Positions 51,297 to 61,418 of a stretch of 64,000 bases of DNA are shown piece by piece (positions within the stretch are counted from its first letter, which is position 1; each line of letters opens with the position of its first letter). A program made the translations under genes and the position numbers. The stretch spans positions 1,920,001 through 1,984,000 of the forward strand of contig OZ245011.1 of the NCBI GenBank assembly GCA_965223665.1, in the 5' to 3' direction. Source of the DNA: Nitrospinaceae bacterium (GTDB lineage: Bacteria > Nitrospinota > Nitrospinia > Nitrospinales > Nitrospinaceae). Below the pieces are notes generated by a model. The model saw only the letters and a list, made by a program, of their open reading frames with translations, was not told where the DNA came from and ran no database searches.

Positions 51297-52601
51297 ATGG
51301 AGGATCAAAGAATGAAATTCGCCAAGTTAATCATCTGGAAACCAGAAAGAAATATTTTATTTAATTTTTTTATTTTCGCCTTGAGTCTTACCATTCCCTC
51401 CCTATCATTTTCTAATAATTCATTTACAACACCAGCCTCCTCATCTACAAAAATATCCGAATATGAAACTCCTCCCATACTAAAAGCAAGCCAATATTTA
51501 CCTTCGAAATTACTTAAGAGTAAATACCATAAGGTAGAAGAAGATATTGACACCTTTGGGTTTACCAATTCATATCGAATTAATTCAAAGTTTTTTATTT
51601 CGGAAGTTAGAGGAGATGATTTGCTTCGTGAGAGGATTCAAGAAGTACATGCCCTGGCAACACTATTAAAAATGAAAAAGACAAACAAGTTTATTGATGC
51701 TGCCACACGGTCCGCTCTCTCTCCTGTATCTTTTGCAAAAAATCTTATTCTTCGACCGGTAGATACTATCTCTGGAATTCCTCAAGGTATTTGGAGGTTT
51801 TTTTCCCGAGTGGGAGAAATGACTGGAGGAAAGCGAGGACAAGCAGAGGATGGCATTTCCAAAGAATTAATTGGGTTCTCGGCGGTAAAAAGAAAAATTG
51901 CTCATCAGTTAGGTGTTGATGTTTATTCCACAAATCGCACTCTTCAGAAAGAATTAAATAGTGTTTCCTGGGCTTCTTTTTCGGGTGGTTTTGTAGTGAG
52001 CATGGCCATAACTCCACTTAGAGTTTTAAAGCTTACAAAAACAGCAAATAAAATGACAAAAATTTTGAGAGACAAAGCTCCAGAAGATTTGAGAAAATTG
52101 AACCGAGCCAAACTCAAAAAATTTATATCTAATGATAAACTTGTCGAAAAGTTTTTAGAACACCCCTATTTTTCTCCACGACATGAAACTTTTCTTGTAG
52201 CCGCATTAGAAAATATGCAGGGAACTCAAAATTTGGATAAATTCGTCTATCGAGCTTATAAAGCTCAATCTTTTGAGGATGCTTTTATTTTCCAACGTAT
52301 CGCAGAGATATTAGATAAATATCATAATGAAGTTTCACCAATTCAGAAAATAGCAATTGAACCTTCAAGAAATTTTCCGGTAGCAATTACAAAAGATAAC
52401 AAATTAGTCATCGCGTTATTAGTAGACTATGCTGTTTGGTCCAAAATTGCTGCCAAGTGGGCCCAGGACTTAACCCGAGCAAATAATAGAGTGAACCCAA
52501 ATCGAAAAATAGAACTATTGATTACTGGCACATTGTCTCCAAGAGCCAGAAACGAATTAAAATCCTTAGGGATATCCGTCAAGGAAAAAGTTTTAGATTA
52601 A
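51297..52601 (+). CDS. Hypothetical exported protein
   Basis: 434-aa ORF with an N-terminal hydrophobic segment. Confidence 0.7.
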   Translation: MEDQRMKFAKLIIWKPERNILFNFFIFALSLTIPSLSFSNNSFTTPASSSTKISEYETPPILKASQYLPSKLLKSKYHKVEEDIDTFGFTNSYRINSKFFISEVRGDDLLRERIQEVHALATLLKMKKTNKFIDAATRSALSPVSFAKNLILRPVDTISGIPQGIWRFFSRVGEMTGGKRGQAEDGISKELIGFSAVKRKIAHQLGVDVYSTNRTLQKELNSVSWASFSGGFVVSMAITPLRVLKLTKTANKMTKILRDKAPEDLRKLNRAKLKKFISNDKLVEKFLEHPYFSPRHETFLVAALENMQGTQNLDKFVYRAYKAQSFEDAFIFQRIAEILDKYHNEVSPIQKIAIEPSRNFPVAITKDNKLVIALLVDYAVWSKIAAKWAQDLTRANNRVNPNRKIELLITGTLSPRARNELKSLGISVKEKVLD

Positions 52602-52678
52602 AAACAAAGCTCTATTCTGTTTTTAATTTGTCGAGTTGTTTCTATATTATATAGAGAATTCCAAATCTGAAGTTCTTC

Positions 52679-53725
52679 CTAGGATATTTCTTCCGAGTGC
52701 TGAGTAAAACTTTTAAAGGTGTTTTTAATCTGTTTGAAAATAACAGTAACTAAAACGATAATTATTCCTAAAACCAGCAATCCCATCAAAACAAACTGCA
52801 TCATAAGATTTTCTTTGGCGGCAAAAGCACTTTCCGTATCCTGCAAAATCAATAGAGACCAGTTTAAACTGTCGAGAGTCCCTTTGAGTTTGGATCCGGC
52901 GAACCCAATCAAATACTCGTTGCCAAAAGGACCGGTTTCAATTTGATACCCTCGATTCTCTAATTGGGCCAACTGTGCTGCACGATAATTCTGAATTGGA
53001 AATTTATAATCCCACTCTTTCAGGAAATTCTGATTCGTTTTAAATTTTAAGATAAATTCAGGTGCCGCAATGATTTTGCCTTTTTTATTTATTAACAAGG
53101 CGTATTGAGTTTTGTTTTGAGGTTCACCATCGATTTTGATGGCGTTGATCATTTTAATAAGTCCTTTCCAACTTAATTGTAGAAACAAGTGGCCTATTAT
53201 TTGGTTCGGGTTGTGGTCCCGATAAATAGGAATCGAAAATGTTAAATTCAGACCACCGGTCCTTCCAAAAAAGCTTAAATCCTGTACCATAAAATCTCGA
53301 ACCAACGACCCATTTTGATACCAGGGTTCCCGGCCCACATTGACATGAGTCAAACTTTGCTGGGAGGAGGCCAGTATATTCCCTCCCGGCTGAATAACCG
53401 AAATCACCCAGTGGGGAGACACACTGTCTTTTATCTGATTTAAAAAGTGGGCCGCTTTTTCTTTTCCCTGCCTCGTGTTGATTTGTTGCAAAGCACTATG
53501 AGAAGACCAAAGAATCAAATCCCGACGCACTTCCTTGATCATCACGAACAGTTCTTCCATGGATTGGGTGGCCATGGCCTGCGATTTGATCCCTGCGCTT
53601 TTTTCCAGAGCCACTCGACTGTTATCATAAGTGATATAGTACAAAGACCCCAGCGGTAGCAAAGCCACCACCATAAAACAAAGCACCAGTTTAAATTTAA
53701 ACGATTTAAAAAAGCTCATTTTCAA
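52679..53725 (-). CDS. Membrane Cache-domain sensor lacking a cytoplasmic output domain
   Basis: TM1 - periplasmic dCache-like region (PWYQ, FSIPI, YALLINKKGKIIA, WSLL) - TM2 - about 20 aa - stop. Confidence 0.7.
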   Translation of the reverse strand: MKMSFFKSFKFKLVLCFMVVALLPLGSLYYITYDNSRVALEKSAGIKSQAMATQSMEELFVMIKEVRRDLILWSSHSALQQINTRQGKEKAAHFLNQIKDSVSPHWVISVIQPGGNILASSQQSLTHVNVGREPWYQNGSLVRDFMVQDLSFFGRTGGLNLTFSIPIYRDHNPNQIIGHLFLQLSWKGLIKMINAIKIDGEPQNKTQYALLINKKGKIIAAPEFILKFKTNQNFLKEWDYKFPIQNYRAAQLAQLENRGYQIETGPFGNEYLIGFAGSKLKGTLDSLNWSLLILQDTESAFAAKENLMMQFVLMGLLVLGIIIVLVTVIFKQIKNTFKSFTQHSEEIS

Positions 53726-53727
53726 CT

Positions 53728-54921
53728 CTACTGCACTCGTTTCCAGGAAATAGTTTGAAAGGTATTTTCGGTTACGTTGTATAAATTATCTAAAGCCGAA
53801 CAGCTGTAATTAATTTGTGCATTAGAATCTAATTGCAAAATAGCCTTTTGAGTATTTTTACTCGAAATAATTATGCCGCCATAAACATGAGGACTTCCAT
53901 TTCCATTGTGTAATTTTCCCTGGCAGTTTTCACATCCGCCAACAATGATAAGTCCATTCCATTCAAAATCATCCTTCATCATGAACTGATTATTCACCAC
54001 TAAAATTCCATAACCTACCAGGTTACCTTCCCCGGTGAACGCCCCTTCTCTATAAAACACTCCTGGTTCATCTTCCGATCCGAGCACGCCTCCGTTTAAG
54101 ACTTCAGGAATCATTTGAACATCGGGAACCGACAATATCCTTTCTCTAAGTTCTCTCAAATCCTGTAAAGTAATCGAGTTATTACCTGAATCAATACTGC
54201 CTGTTCCATCGACCCCGGAAAATAGACTTTGTTGAGCCGTATCTACACCGGACATGTCAAAATCCATTCCTGTGGCACTTGCCGCTAAAGCATAAATGGA
54301 GGGACAATCTGAATCAATTTCGGGTCCTAAAGATCCACGTTTCGTGCCATTTCCATTGACCTTGAAACTTGAACCTGGGGTAGCAACTTCTGACTGGCCG
54401 CTAACCAGGGTTACAGCACCCGGCAGGTCAGGAATATTTAAATTCAACTTTCGCACTCTGGCCTCTAAGTGTTCTGAATGCCCTTCTGAACTCACACCAA
54501 TAGAATCGATTAAAATCACATTATCTGAGTCCTGCCACATATCTCCATCGTCGCTGTTATCGAGAACTCTCGTATAATATTGGCCGGATTGAAAATCTAT
54601 CCGGGTAAAATTACTGCCTTTGTAGTTTTGTATGGATCCTTGAGTGGGAAACTGTCCATTGTCGACCTGAACTAATTTATCTCCATCCGGACCGGCCAAC
54701 ACCTCATTAAAATCCTGATCCCGCACGATGGACTTGGTATGCTCTAATCCCGCTTCCGCAAAATAAAAAGCTTCTTTATTTTGTGCGCTCACATTGGTTT
54801 GGTTGATTTCATTAGTGGTTTGCATCACTAACATGGGAACCATAATGGACACTACTAATAGTAGAAGCAACACCACAACCAGTACCGACCCTTGTTCTTT
54901 TTTTAATGTTTGAGTATTCAT
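53728..54921 (-). CDS. PilX N-terminal domain protein
   Basis: EQGSVLVVVLLLLLVV prepilin-like N-terminus; AFYFAEAGLE; C-terminal SWKRV. Confidence 0.8.
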   Translation of the reverse strand: MNTQTLKKEQGSVLVVVLLLLLVVSIMVPMLVMQTTNEINQTNVSAQNKEAFYFAEAGLEHTKSIVRDQDFNEVLAGPDGDKLVQVDNGQFPTQGSIQNYKGSNFTRIDFQSGQYYTRVLDNSDDGDMWQDSDNVILIDSIGVSSEGHSEHLEARVRKLNLNIPDLPGAVTLVSGQSEVATPGSSFKVNGNGTKRGSLGPEIDSDCPSIYALAASATGMDFDMSGVDTAQQSLFSGVDGTGSIDSGNNSITLQDLRELRERILSVPDVQMIPEVLNGGVLGSEDEPGVFYREGAFTGEGNLVGYGILVVNNQFMMKDDFEWNGLIIVGGCENCQGKLHNGNGSPHVYGGIIISSKNTQKAILQLDSNAQINYSCSALDNLYNVTENTFQTISWKRVQ

Positions 54922-55175
54922 TTTGAAACGCCTTAAATATTTCTAAAAATATTCATCCTTAATTGTTATTTTTTATAGAGTCCAAAATGCTCACGGAATT
55001 TTTTGTCACAGGGTTTTCAGAACCGTATAGCGCCGTATTAGTTTCAACAGTTTGAACTTCAGCAGGATCAGTCGTTTCTGTATCCGTGGCATAATTAAAA
55101 AAGTTTTTGTTTTGAGTTTTCATAATTTTCTTAAAAACGTTGCATTATCATTTTTCAAATTCACTTCTAAACAAA

Positions 55176-55191
55176 AGCAATGCCGGTACCA
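55176..55191 (-). promoter_or_regulatory. Candidate sigma54 promoter upstream of the pilX-like gene
   Basis: Minus strand TGGTAC-CGGCA-TTGCT (GG-N10-GC). Confidence 0.55.
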
Positions 55192-55613
55192 AACAGCCGG
55201 AAAAGAAAAGGTTTGGAAGATAGATTTCCCTAAATGGCGGTTTTTGATAGGAAGTTATTACTAGATGGGCATTAATTGTAAATACCCAAAAACAAGGGTT
55301 TTGCAGGGATTAATTTCCCTCAGGGCCCAAAATTGTCAGTAGGTAGACCCCATATTGTTACACTGACTCTCCCATACCCTTAATTTGCGTAAATCTATTA
55401 GAAGTGGGCGGAACTATGAATCCCCCGATATGCACCAATATTAAATGAGATTATTCAAACAAACTCAATTCCCCTTTTGCTGTTGTATAATGCTTCGCTT
55501 GGAAAAGAATTGGGTGAAACGAGTAAAGAACAAAAATTTTTTTAAATCCTAAGAAAATCAGGGCAACAGGTTTAATCATTTAAAAAGTAAAATATGACTT
55601 TGAGGTGCGGAAG

Positions 55614-56672
55614 ATGAAAAAGATATTTTATTTAGTGACTCTGGGTTGTTGTTTAGCGTTTCTTCCTGTTATTGCCGCGGCAAAAACAATTCACTTAAAT
55701 GATTGCTCCGGAACTAAACTTTCTTTTAAAACCGCCAAGGCCGCGTGCAAATCCGGCAAACATCCCGGCCAGACTATAGTTAAATGCAATAAAAAAGGAG
55801 ATATAAAGAACACCAGACGTTGCAGTACCGATGGACAAAAAAAAGGGATTTACGAAGACAGTTGCACCGGAACCCCAACAGGATTTAAAGATTTAGTCAA
55901 GGCCTGCAAATCGGGAAACCATTTCGGTCAGTTGCTCGTTAAATGCAAAAACGGAAAGGAAAAGAAACGGATGCAGTGCGAATCCGCCGGAATGACTTTA
56001 AAGAAAACGGTCATTTTTAAGAATCGATGTGGCGGTGATCCCATTTCCGGAAAGAATTTAAAAAAGGCGTGCAAAAATAATACAGGGGAAACCCTGGTGA
56101 AGTGCGTGCGCAAAAATAATATTTGGAAACCCAAAAAATCCATGCTTTGTCATGGAAACCGGGACCGGTTTAAATTTAAATTTTGTTCACCCAATGAGCG
56201 GCAAACGCTCATTGATGATTATGAATGGGCCGAAAACCGAGTGGATATTGTTCTCAATGATTTAAATAACTGGTTTGCTTCTAATCCCTCAGTAGACAAA
56301 AAACTGCGGAAAAAAATGGAAAAAGTGCAAAAGAAATTAAGAAAAATTCAAACGGCCATGGACCGCCCCCGGACCTATGTTTGCCGGGCCAACAAAAATC
56401 GATGTGGCCGCGCCAACGCCCATACCATGTGGACCGGACACAAGGTTAAAATTTGCGATCGTTATTTTTTCAAATCCGGAGCCGCAAATCAACCGGAGCG
56501 TGGGTCCATTCTCGTACACGAAATTTCTCATCATAAAGTAGAAACCAATGATAAAGGCACCGAGCATGGAGGATGTGCCAGTCCCAGCCTGGCCTCGGCG
56601 AGTAGTAACTTTCATAAGCAAGCCGAGTATTATGAACACCTTATAGAATGCGGGCTTTATATTCCCAATTAA
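55614..56672 (+). CDS. Secreted M35-like metallo-endopeptidase with three Cys/Lys-rich N-terminal repeats
   Basis: Signal peptide; repeats C.G...K.ACK...G...VKC; IC..YF, ILVHEISHH...TND. Confidence 0.72.
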   Translation: MKKIFYLVTLGCCLAFLPVIAAAKTIHLNDCSGTKLSFKTAKAACKSGKHPGQTIVKCNKKGDIKNTRRCSTDGQKKGIYEDSCTGTPTGFKDLVKACKSGNHFGQLLVKCKNGKEKKRMQCESAGMTLKKTVIFKNRCGGDPISGKNLKKACKNNTGETLVKCVRKNNIWKPKKSMLCHGNRDRFKFKFCSPNERQTLIDDYEWAENRVDIVLNDLNNWFASNPSVDKKLRKKMEKVQKKLRKIQTAMDRPRTYVCRANKNRCGRANAHTMWTGHKVKICDRYFFKSGAANQPERGSILVHEISHHKVETNDKGTEHGGCASPSLASASSNFHKQAEYYEHLIECGLYIPN

Positions 56673-56689
56673 TTCAGGGATAATTTATT

Positions 56690-57463
56690 ATGTTCCAAAT
56701 CCTATCGATTAGTTTCATATATATAACGATACTTTGTGGCACCGCCACAGCCAGTCCAACTGATAATTCCACTGCTCCTCCTGAAGCAATGGTTTTAATT
56801 CCGGCGGGAGAGTTCCAAATGGGAAGTCCCCGGGACATAGGAGAGGATGATGAACACCCGCAGCACTCCGTTTATGTAAATTCGTTTTTTATAGATATCA
56901 CGGAGGTGACTCAGGCGAACTATGAAAGGGTGATGGGAAAAAATCCTTCTCATTTTAAAGGAACGAATTTACCCGTAGAAAAAGTGACCTGGAGTGAAGC
57001 CCAGGCGTACTGCCAGGCCCTGGGCAAGCGATTGCCGACCGAAGCAGAATGGGAAAAAGCGGCAAGAGGAAAAAATAATTCGGTTTTTAGCTGGGGCAAT
57101 GAAGTGACGTCACAGGGCGGCAACTACTGCGATAAACAATGTGAAAAAAAGTGGAAGTCGGACCGGTTTGACGACGGTCACAGCAATACAGCGCCAGTAA
57201 AAAGTTATGCTCCGAATGATTATGGATTGTTTGACATGGGGGGCAATGTGTATGAGTGGGTGAAGGATTGGTACCACAAGGACACTTATAAAAAAAGTCC
57301 CTACGAAAATCCAAAAGGCCCCGAGAGCGGAAAATTTAAAGTGATGCGAGGCGGATCCTGGGATGTCAGCCCCGCCGTGTTACGCAACGCGTATCGTTCC
57401 GGCCTGGCGCCGGATTTTCGCAGCTACTCCGTCGGGTTTCGCTGTGCCAAATCCACCCAATAA
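56690..57463 (+). CDS. Formylglycine-generating-enzyme (SUMF1/EgtB) domain protein
   Basis: IPAGEFQMGS, EVT, RLPTEAEWEKAARG, NDYGLFDMGGNVYEW, RGGSW, VGFRC. Confidence 0.92.
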   Translation: MFQILSISFIYITILCGTATASPTDNSTAPPEAMVLIPAGEFQMGSPRDIGEDDEHPQHSVYVNSFFIDITEVTQANYERVMGKNPSHFKGTNLPVEKVTWSEAQAYCQALGKRLPTEAEWEKAARGKNNSVFSWGNEVTSQGGNYCDKQCEKKWKSDRFDDGHSNTAPVKSYAPNDYGLFDMGGNVYEWVKDWYHKDTYKKSPYENPKGPESGKFKVMRGGSWDVSPAVLRNAYRSGLAPDFRSYSVGFRCAKSTQ

Positions 57464-57479
57464 TTTTTTCTTATCTCCT

Positions 57480-57842
57480 TCAGGGATTTTTACGTTTCGC
57501 TTCCAAATATTCCGTTAAAACCACAGCGTTGTTAAACTGTTCTTCCCGGGCTCCATAGAGCAAAGTAATCACCTGCCCCTGGTTATCCATTAATGTTGAA
57601 ATTAAATCTTCCTTTTCATCCAGTTCCCGGAAATATCTTTCTTTAAACTCCTCCCACTTCGAGGGCGTGTGGTCAAACCATTTTCGCAGCGAATCACTGG
57701 GCGCGATCTCTTTCAGCCAAAGATCGACCCTGGCTTTTTCTTTGCTTAAACCTCTGGGCCAAAGTCGATCTACCAGGATTCGGATTCCATCCTTCTCCGT
57801 GGGTTTGTCATAAACTCTTTTGATTCCGATCTTATCTTTCAT
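57480..57842 (-). CDS. yeaO: DUF488 family protein
   Basis: IKRVYD...[16 protein letters not shown]...[14 protein letters not shown]. Confidence 0.9.
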   Translation of the reverse strand: MKDKIGIKRVYDKPTEKDGIRILVDRLWPRGLSKEKARVDLWLKEIAPSDSLRKWFDHTPSKWEEFKERYFRELDEKEDLISTLMDNQGQVITLLYGAREEQFNNAVVLTEYLEAKRKNP

Positions 57843-57847
57843 CCATT

Positions 57848-58174
57848 CTAATGATTCATCATGGCGTCTTTCTTCATCATATCGCCTTTATGCCTCATTT
57901 CGTCTTTCTTCATAGACCCTTCTTCTTTCATCGCTTCGCCCTTCCCCATCATGGAATCCTTTTTCATCATTCCTTCTTTCTTCATTGTATCGCCTTTATG
58001 CATCATTTCATCTTTCTTCATAGATCCTTCTTCCTTCATCATTTCACCTTTTTTCATCATCTTGTCACCTTTCGTCATGTGATCAGGATCGGCTGAAGCA
58101 GTCACTGGTGCAAACGACATCATAAAAGCGGTAACGGCAAAAAAGAAGATGCTGGAAACTAAATTGGTTTTCAT
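57848..58174 (-). CDS. Met-rich periplasmic repeat protein (MxKDx-like)
   Basis: Signal peptide MKTNL...ASA followed by M-K-K-[DE]-x-x repeats. Confidence 0.8.
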   Translation of the reverse strand: MKTNLVSSIFFFAVTAFMMSFAPVTASADPDHMTKGDKMMKKGEMMKEEGSMKKDEMMHKGDTMKKEGMMKKDSMMGKGEAMKEEGSMKKDEMRHKGDMMKKDAMMNH

Positions 58175-58583
58175 GATTTTTTTCCTTTTTTTGGATTTAA
58201 TGGATTGGCTCTTCATTAATTTTTAAAGTTGCTGCTTAGTTGGTCTAAACCGGCGGGAATTCATTACGAAAAATATCTTATAAAAGTGAAAATACTTTAA
58301 TTAAAAAAAAACCACAGACTTAAAGCTTATAAATTAAACAGTTAAGAAACCCATCTCCCGCACCACAAGATCTGTCAAATAGTTTGGAAATAGGCCCAAC
58401 TGGTTGGAAAGAGGTCAGGCTTAGCCATGTCGATAGTTGATTTCAACGTCGCAAAATGAGACTATTGAGCCCAATTCATCAGAAAATATTTTCATTTAAA
58501 ATGAATCGTGCCCGGATTTTGCAACCGGTCATTATAAAAACGCGAGGGCCATTTCGTCATACTGTGACTATGGAGGGGAAACA

Positions 58584-60218
58584 ATGAGGGAGTATGAGTT
58601 GAGTGGAAAAATAAAAACATGGGTAACTCTAATAAGCCTATTACTTTGTTTCGGTTTCGCCGGATCGGTCTGGGGAGAAAAAGCAGCCGACAAAACAATA
58701 GATGCCGTTAATTATGATTTGGATCGAGTCGCCAAGCAATTACCGGGACTGACGCCAAGTCGTAAAGCCAACATCAAGCGTCTCTTACGAAGCCTTAAAT
58801 TAGCCGAACAACGGTTGGGCGGTTCTCGCAATAAAGAACACGCCTCATGGAAAGCTGCGAAACAACGACTGGACGATTACCGAAATCAACTCAACAATTT
58901 AATGGCTGGAGGAGCTCCCGCTCCGACCAAACAAAGTTCAGCTCCAGCGTCACCCGCCGCACCGGCTGCACCCGCTCCGTCTCAATCAAAAACCACTGCG
59001 GCTCCGGGCAATCCAAAACCCTCGACAAACCCACAAATGACTTCCCATGATATTTCAAAATTCAAGCGAGTATATGGAAATTATCAGTCCATGGTTCCTC
59101 AGCTGCAAAAACTGGATCCGAAAACTCTGCACAACACAAGAGAGCTCAATAACTGGCGCGGTCGATTCAACCGCATGAAACAGGATGTCGCCAGGTTTGC
59201 TCCTTTTAAATCGGAACCCAAAGTGGCGGAATTAGAGAAGCTGGTCAACGAAGCCGCAGCGCATTACGCTCAAGTGGAAAAACAATCTTTAGCCGCTCTG
59301 GCGAGTTTGGGCGACATTCCTGCGCAGCTAAAAGTTTTGCTTGCGCGTTATGATCGCAGTAAATTGCCGAAACCTTTAGACCCGCCTTATACCAAAGAAC
59401 GGGCACAAGCCTGGGGGAAATATATTCAGGCCTTCGCTGCGCAGTCCAATAAGGATGCAGCCTGGTTACAAATGGTTCGAAACACCACAGACCAATATAA
59501 ATTTGATGTTAAAAATGCATTGAATGGCACCATTGGTCATTCCGCAAACAATAGTGTTAAAGATGCGGTGACTAAAACACGGCAGAATATTTATCAACCG
59601 CTGCAAGTCTTAAACGATGGACGCATCGCTCACTTGTTAAAGCTTACGCCCAAAGACACCCAGAAAATTAAAAACAATTTATTGGGTGAAGGAAAGTTTG
59701 AAGGGTTCATGGAAATTTTTCGCAACGCTCTTGGGGCTATCGAAACCGGAAAAATCGTGGACCAGTCGTTAGGACAAAAACCCGATCCCAACATCGGTCA
59801 ACTGGTTCAAAAAATCAATAGTCAACGCACCGCCGTTGAAAACTTATTTGTAACCGTGTTAGCCGATGTGCGGATGCCAAAAACTCGTTCCGAAGACAAA
59901 AAGTTGTTAGCCGCCGCGGCTGAAGTTCTCAAGCGTCCTTACAACGGATATAGCTGGGAACGCATGCTGATCAATTACGCGCTCGCTTCGAAAAAAGAAA
60001 CACGCGCCTGGTGGTCCGGCAGCACCGCCATCGCCGCTACATATATCTGGGATGAGTTTGAAGCCGCTACCGCTGAAAAAGTGGGAGATAAATTTTTTAT
60101 CTTTTTCAATGAGTTCCATTATTACACGTCCGGCGACAGTAAAACGATCCTCAACAAATGGATTTTAAAAAAGCGGTTCCAATCCAGCCAAATCCTGAAA
60201 GAAAATATAAATAAATAG
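58584..60218 (+). CDS. Secreted hypothetical protein with a Pro/Ala-rich linker
   Basis: GGAGG RBS; signal-like N-terminus; helical N-domain, PAPA linker, large C-domain. Confidence 0.75.
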   Translation: MREYELSGKIKTWVTLISLLLCFGFAGSVWGEKAADKTIDAVNYDLDRVAKQLPGLTPSRKANIKRLLRSLKLAEQRLGGSRNKEHASWKAAKQRLDDYRNQLNNLMAGGAPAPTKQSSAPASPAAPAAPAPSQSKTTAAPGNPKPSTNPQMTSHDISKFKRVYGNYQSMVPQLQKLDPKTLHNTRELNNWRGRFNRMKQDVARFAPFKSEPKVAELEKLVNEAAAHYAQVEKQSLAALASLGDIPAQLKVLLARYDRSKLPKPLDPPYTKERAQAWGKYIQAFAAQSNKDAAWLQMVRNTTDQYKFDVKNALNGTIGHSANNSVKDAVTKTRQNIYQPLQVLNDGRIAHLLKLTPKDTQKIKNNLLGEGKFEGFMEIFRNALGAIETGKIVDQSLGQKPDPNIGQLVQKINSQRTAVENLFVTVLADVRMPKTRSEDKKLLAAAAEVLKRPYNGYSWERMLINYALASKKETRAWWSGSTAIAATYIWDEFEAATAEKVGDKFFIFFNEFHYYTSGDSKTILNKWILKKRFQSSQILKENINK

Positions 60219-60572
60219 GGCCGTTGGTTCCAAAACTGTTACCTGCTTAAAAATTAATGCAGTCGGGTTTCGTTGCGCAGTATTGCCTTATAGATTTTCA
60301 TCTTCTCTTTGCAAAGGCCTGCTGTACCATTCCATCTTCACTTTTTCTTTGAAGACAAAACCCTTTTCGCTTCTGCAATCACTATTTTAAGTTTCAAAAT
60401 AAAACACACTCCCTTCATAAAAACCAAATTCTTTGTTTTTTACCTGGTTAGCTGGAAACGGGATCTCCAGGCCGTTTTACACCCTATTTAGATTGAATTT
60501 TTAGTCTAAAAATAGTAATTTTTGCGAATCGCTCTTTTTTTAAATAACGAATCATCATCAAGGGAGGAAACC

Positions 60573-61418
60573 ATGAGAAACCTTATTTATTCTTTTCTAT
60601 TTATTATCGCAACATTAATTGCGAGTTCACCTGCTTTGGCGGTGACGGATATATTAAATGCCTCGGAAGACAGTTATGTTCGAGAAACTTCACCCACAAA
60701 AAACTATGGCTCCGAAACCAGACTCATTGCCGATGGGGTGGCGCAGGATCCGGATAATGGGATTTATGGGGAAGTGAAAGCTGTAATCAAATGGGACCTT
60801 TCATCCATTCCTGCCGATGCCACCGTCACTGATGTGAAACTCCGAATGAATTTCACCGATGCCAGTTCCGGCTTCTATAATATTTTAACGGTGGCGGATT
60901 CGAGCCCATGGTCGGAAGGGACCGTCACCTGGGACGACATCACTCCGGGTCCGATCGTAATCGGAACCATTTCTCCCCTTACTTTTGGGGAAGCTCCTGC
61001 AACCTTGAATCCCATTGCAGTCGCCACCGTTCAGAGATGGATTGAGGGAACCACTCCCAATAACGGAATCGTTATTCAATCTGCAGGAACCAATAACGGA
61101 ATTATCATAGGCTCCAGAGAATCGACCGGTTTAAAGCCTACATTGGAAGTGACTTATACACCGCGCGGAGTTATCCCCGGTTGGCAAATCGTTCAATCAG
61201 AACGTGTATCAGTTGCTCCTGATAGGACTGGGTCTGAAAGTGCGTCTTGTCCTTCAGGAAAAGTGGTAACCGGAGGAGGATTTGAAAGTGAAAACACTCT
61301 AATAACTCTTCGCAGTTATCCAAGTTCCCCAAGCTCATGGTCAGTTATAGTAAAAAACACTTCACCTACTGAAAATGGAGGGTTCCGGGTGTACGCCGTT
61401 TGTGCCAACGGACCCTAA
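60573..61418 (+). CDS. Secreted DNRLRE/CBM96-like protein, paralog 8 (tip type A)
   Basis: Start ATG 60573 after GGGAGG; tip CPSGKVVTGGGF...YAVCA. Confidence 0.8.
   Translation: MRNLIYSFLFIIATLIASSPALAVTDILNASEDSYVRETSPTKNYGSETRLIADGVAQDPDNGIYGEVKAVIKWDLSSIPADATVTDVKLRMNFTDASSGFYNILTVADSSPWSEGTVTWDDITPGPIVIGTISPLTFGEAPATLNPIAVATVQRWIEGTTPNNGIVIQSAGTNNGIIIGSRESTGLKPTLEVTYTPRGVIPGWQIVQSERVSVAPDRTGSESASCPSGKVVTGGGFESENTLITLRSYPSSPSSWSVIVKNTSPTENGGFRVYAVCANGP

Noticed and set aside
57851-58096. His/Phe-rich plus-strand ORFs
   Set aside because: Antisense reading of the ATG/AAG-rich Met-repeat gene
11505-61418. Diversity-generating retroelement or shufflon behind the paralog family and the FGE-domain gene
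   Set aside because: No reverse transcriptase, recombinase or near-identical TR/VR pair differing at adenines was seen in the window
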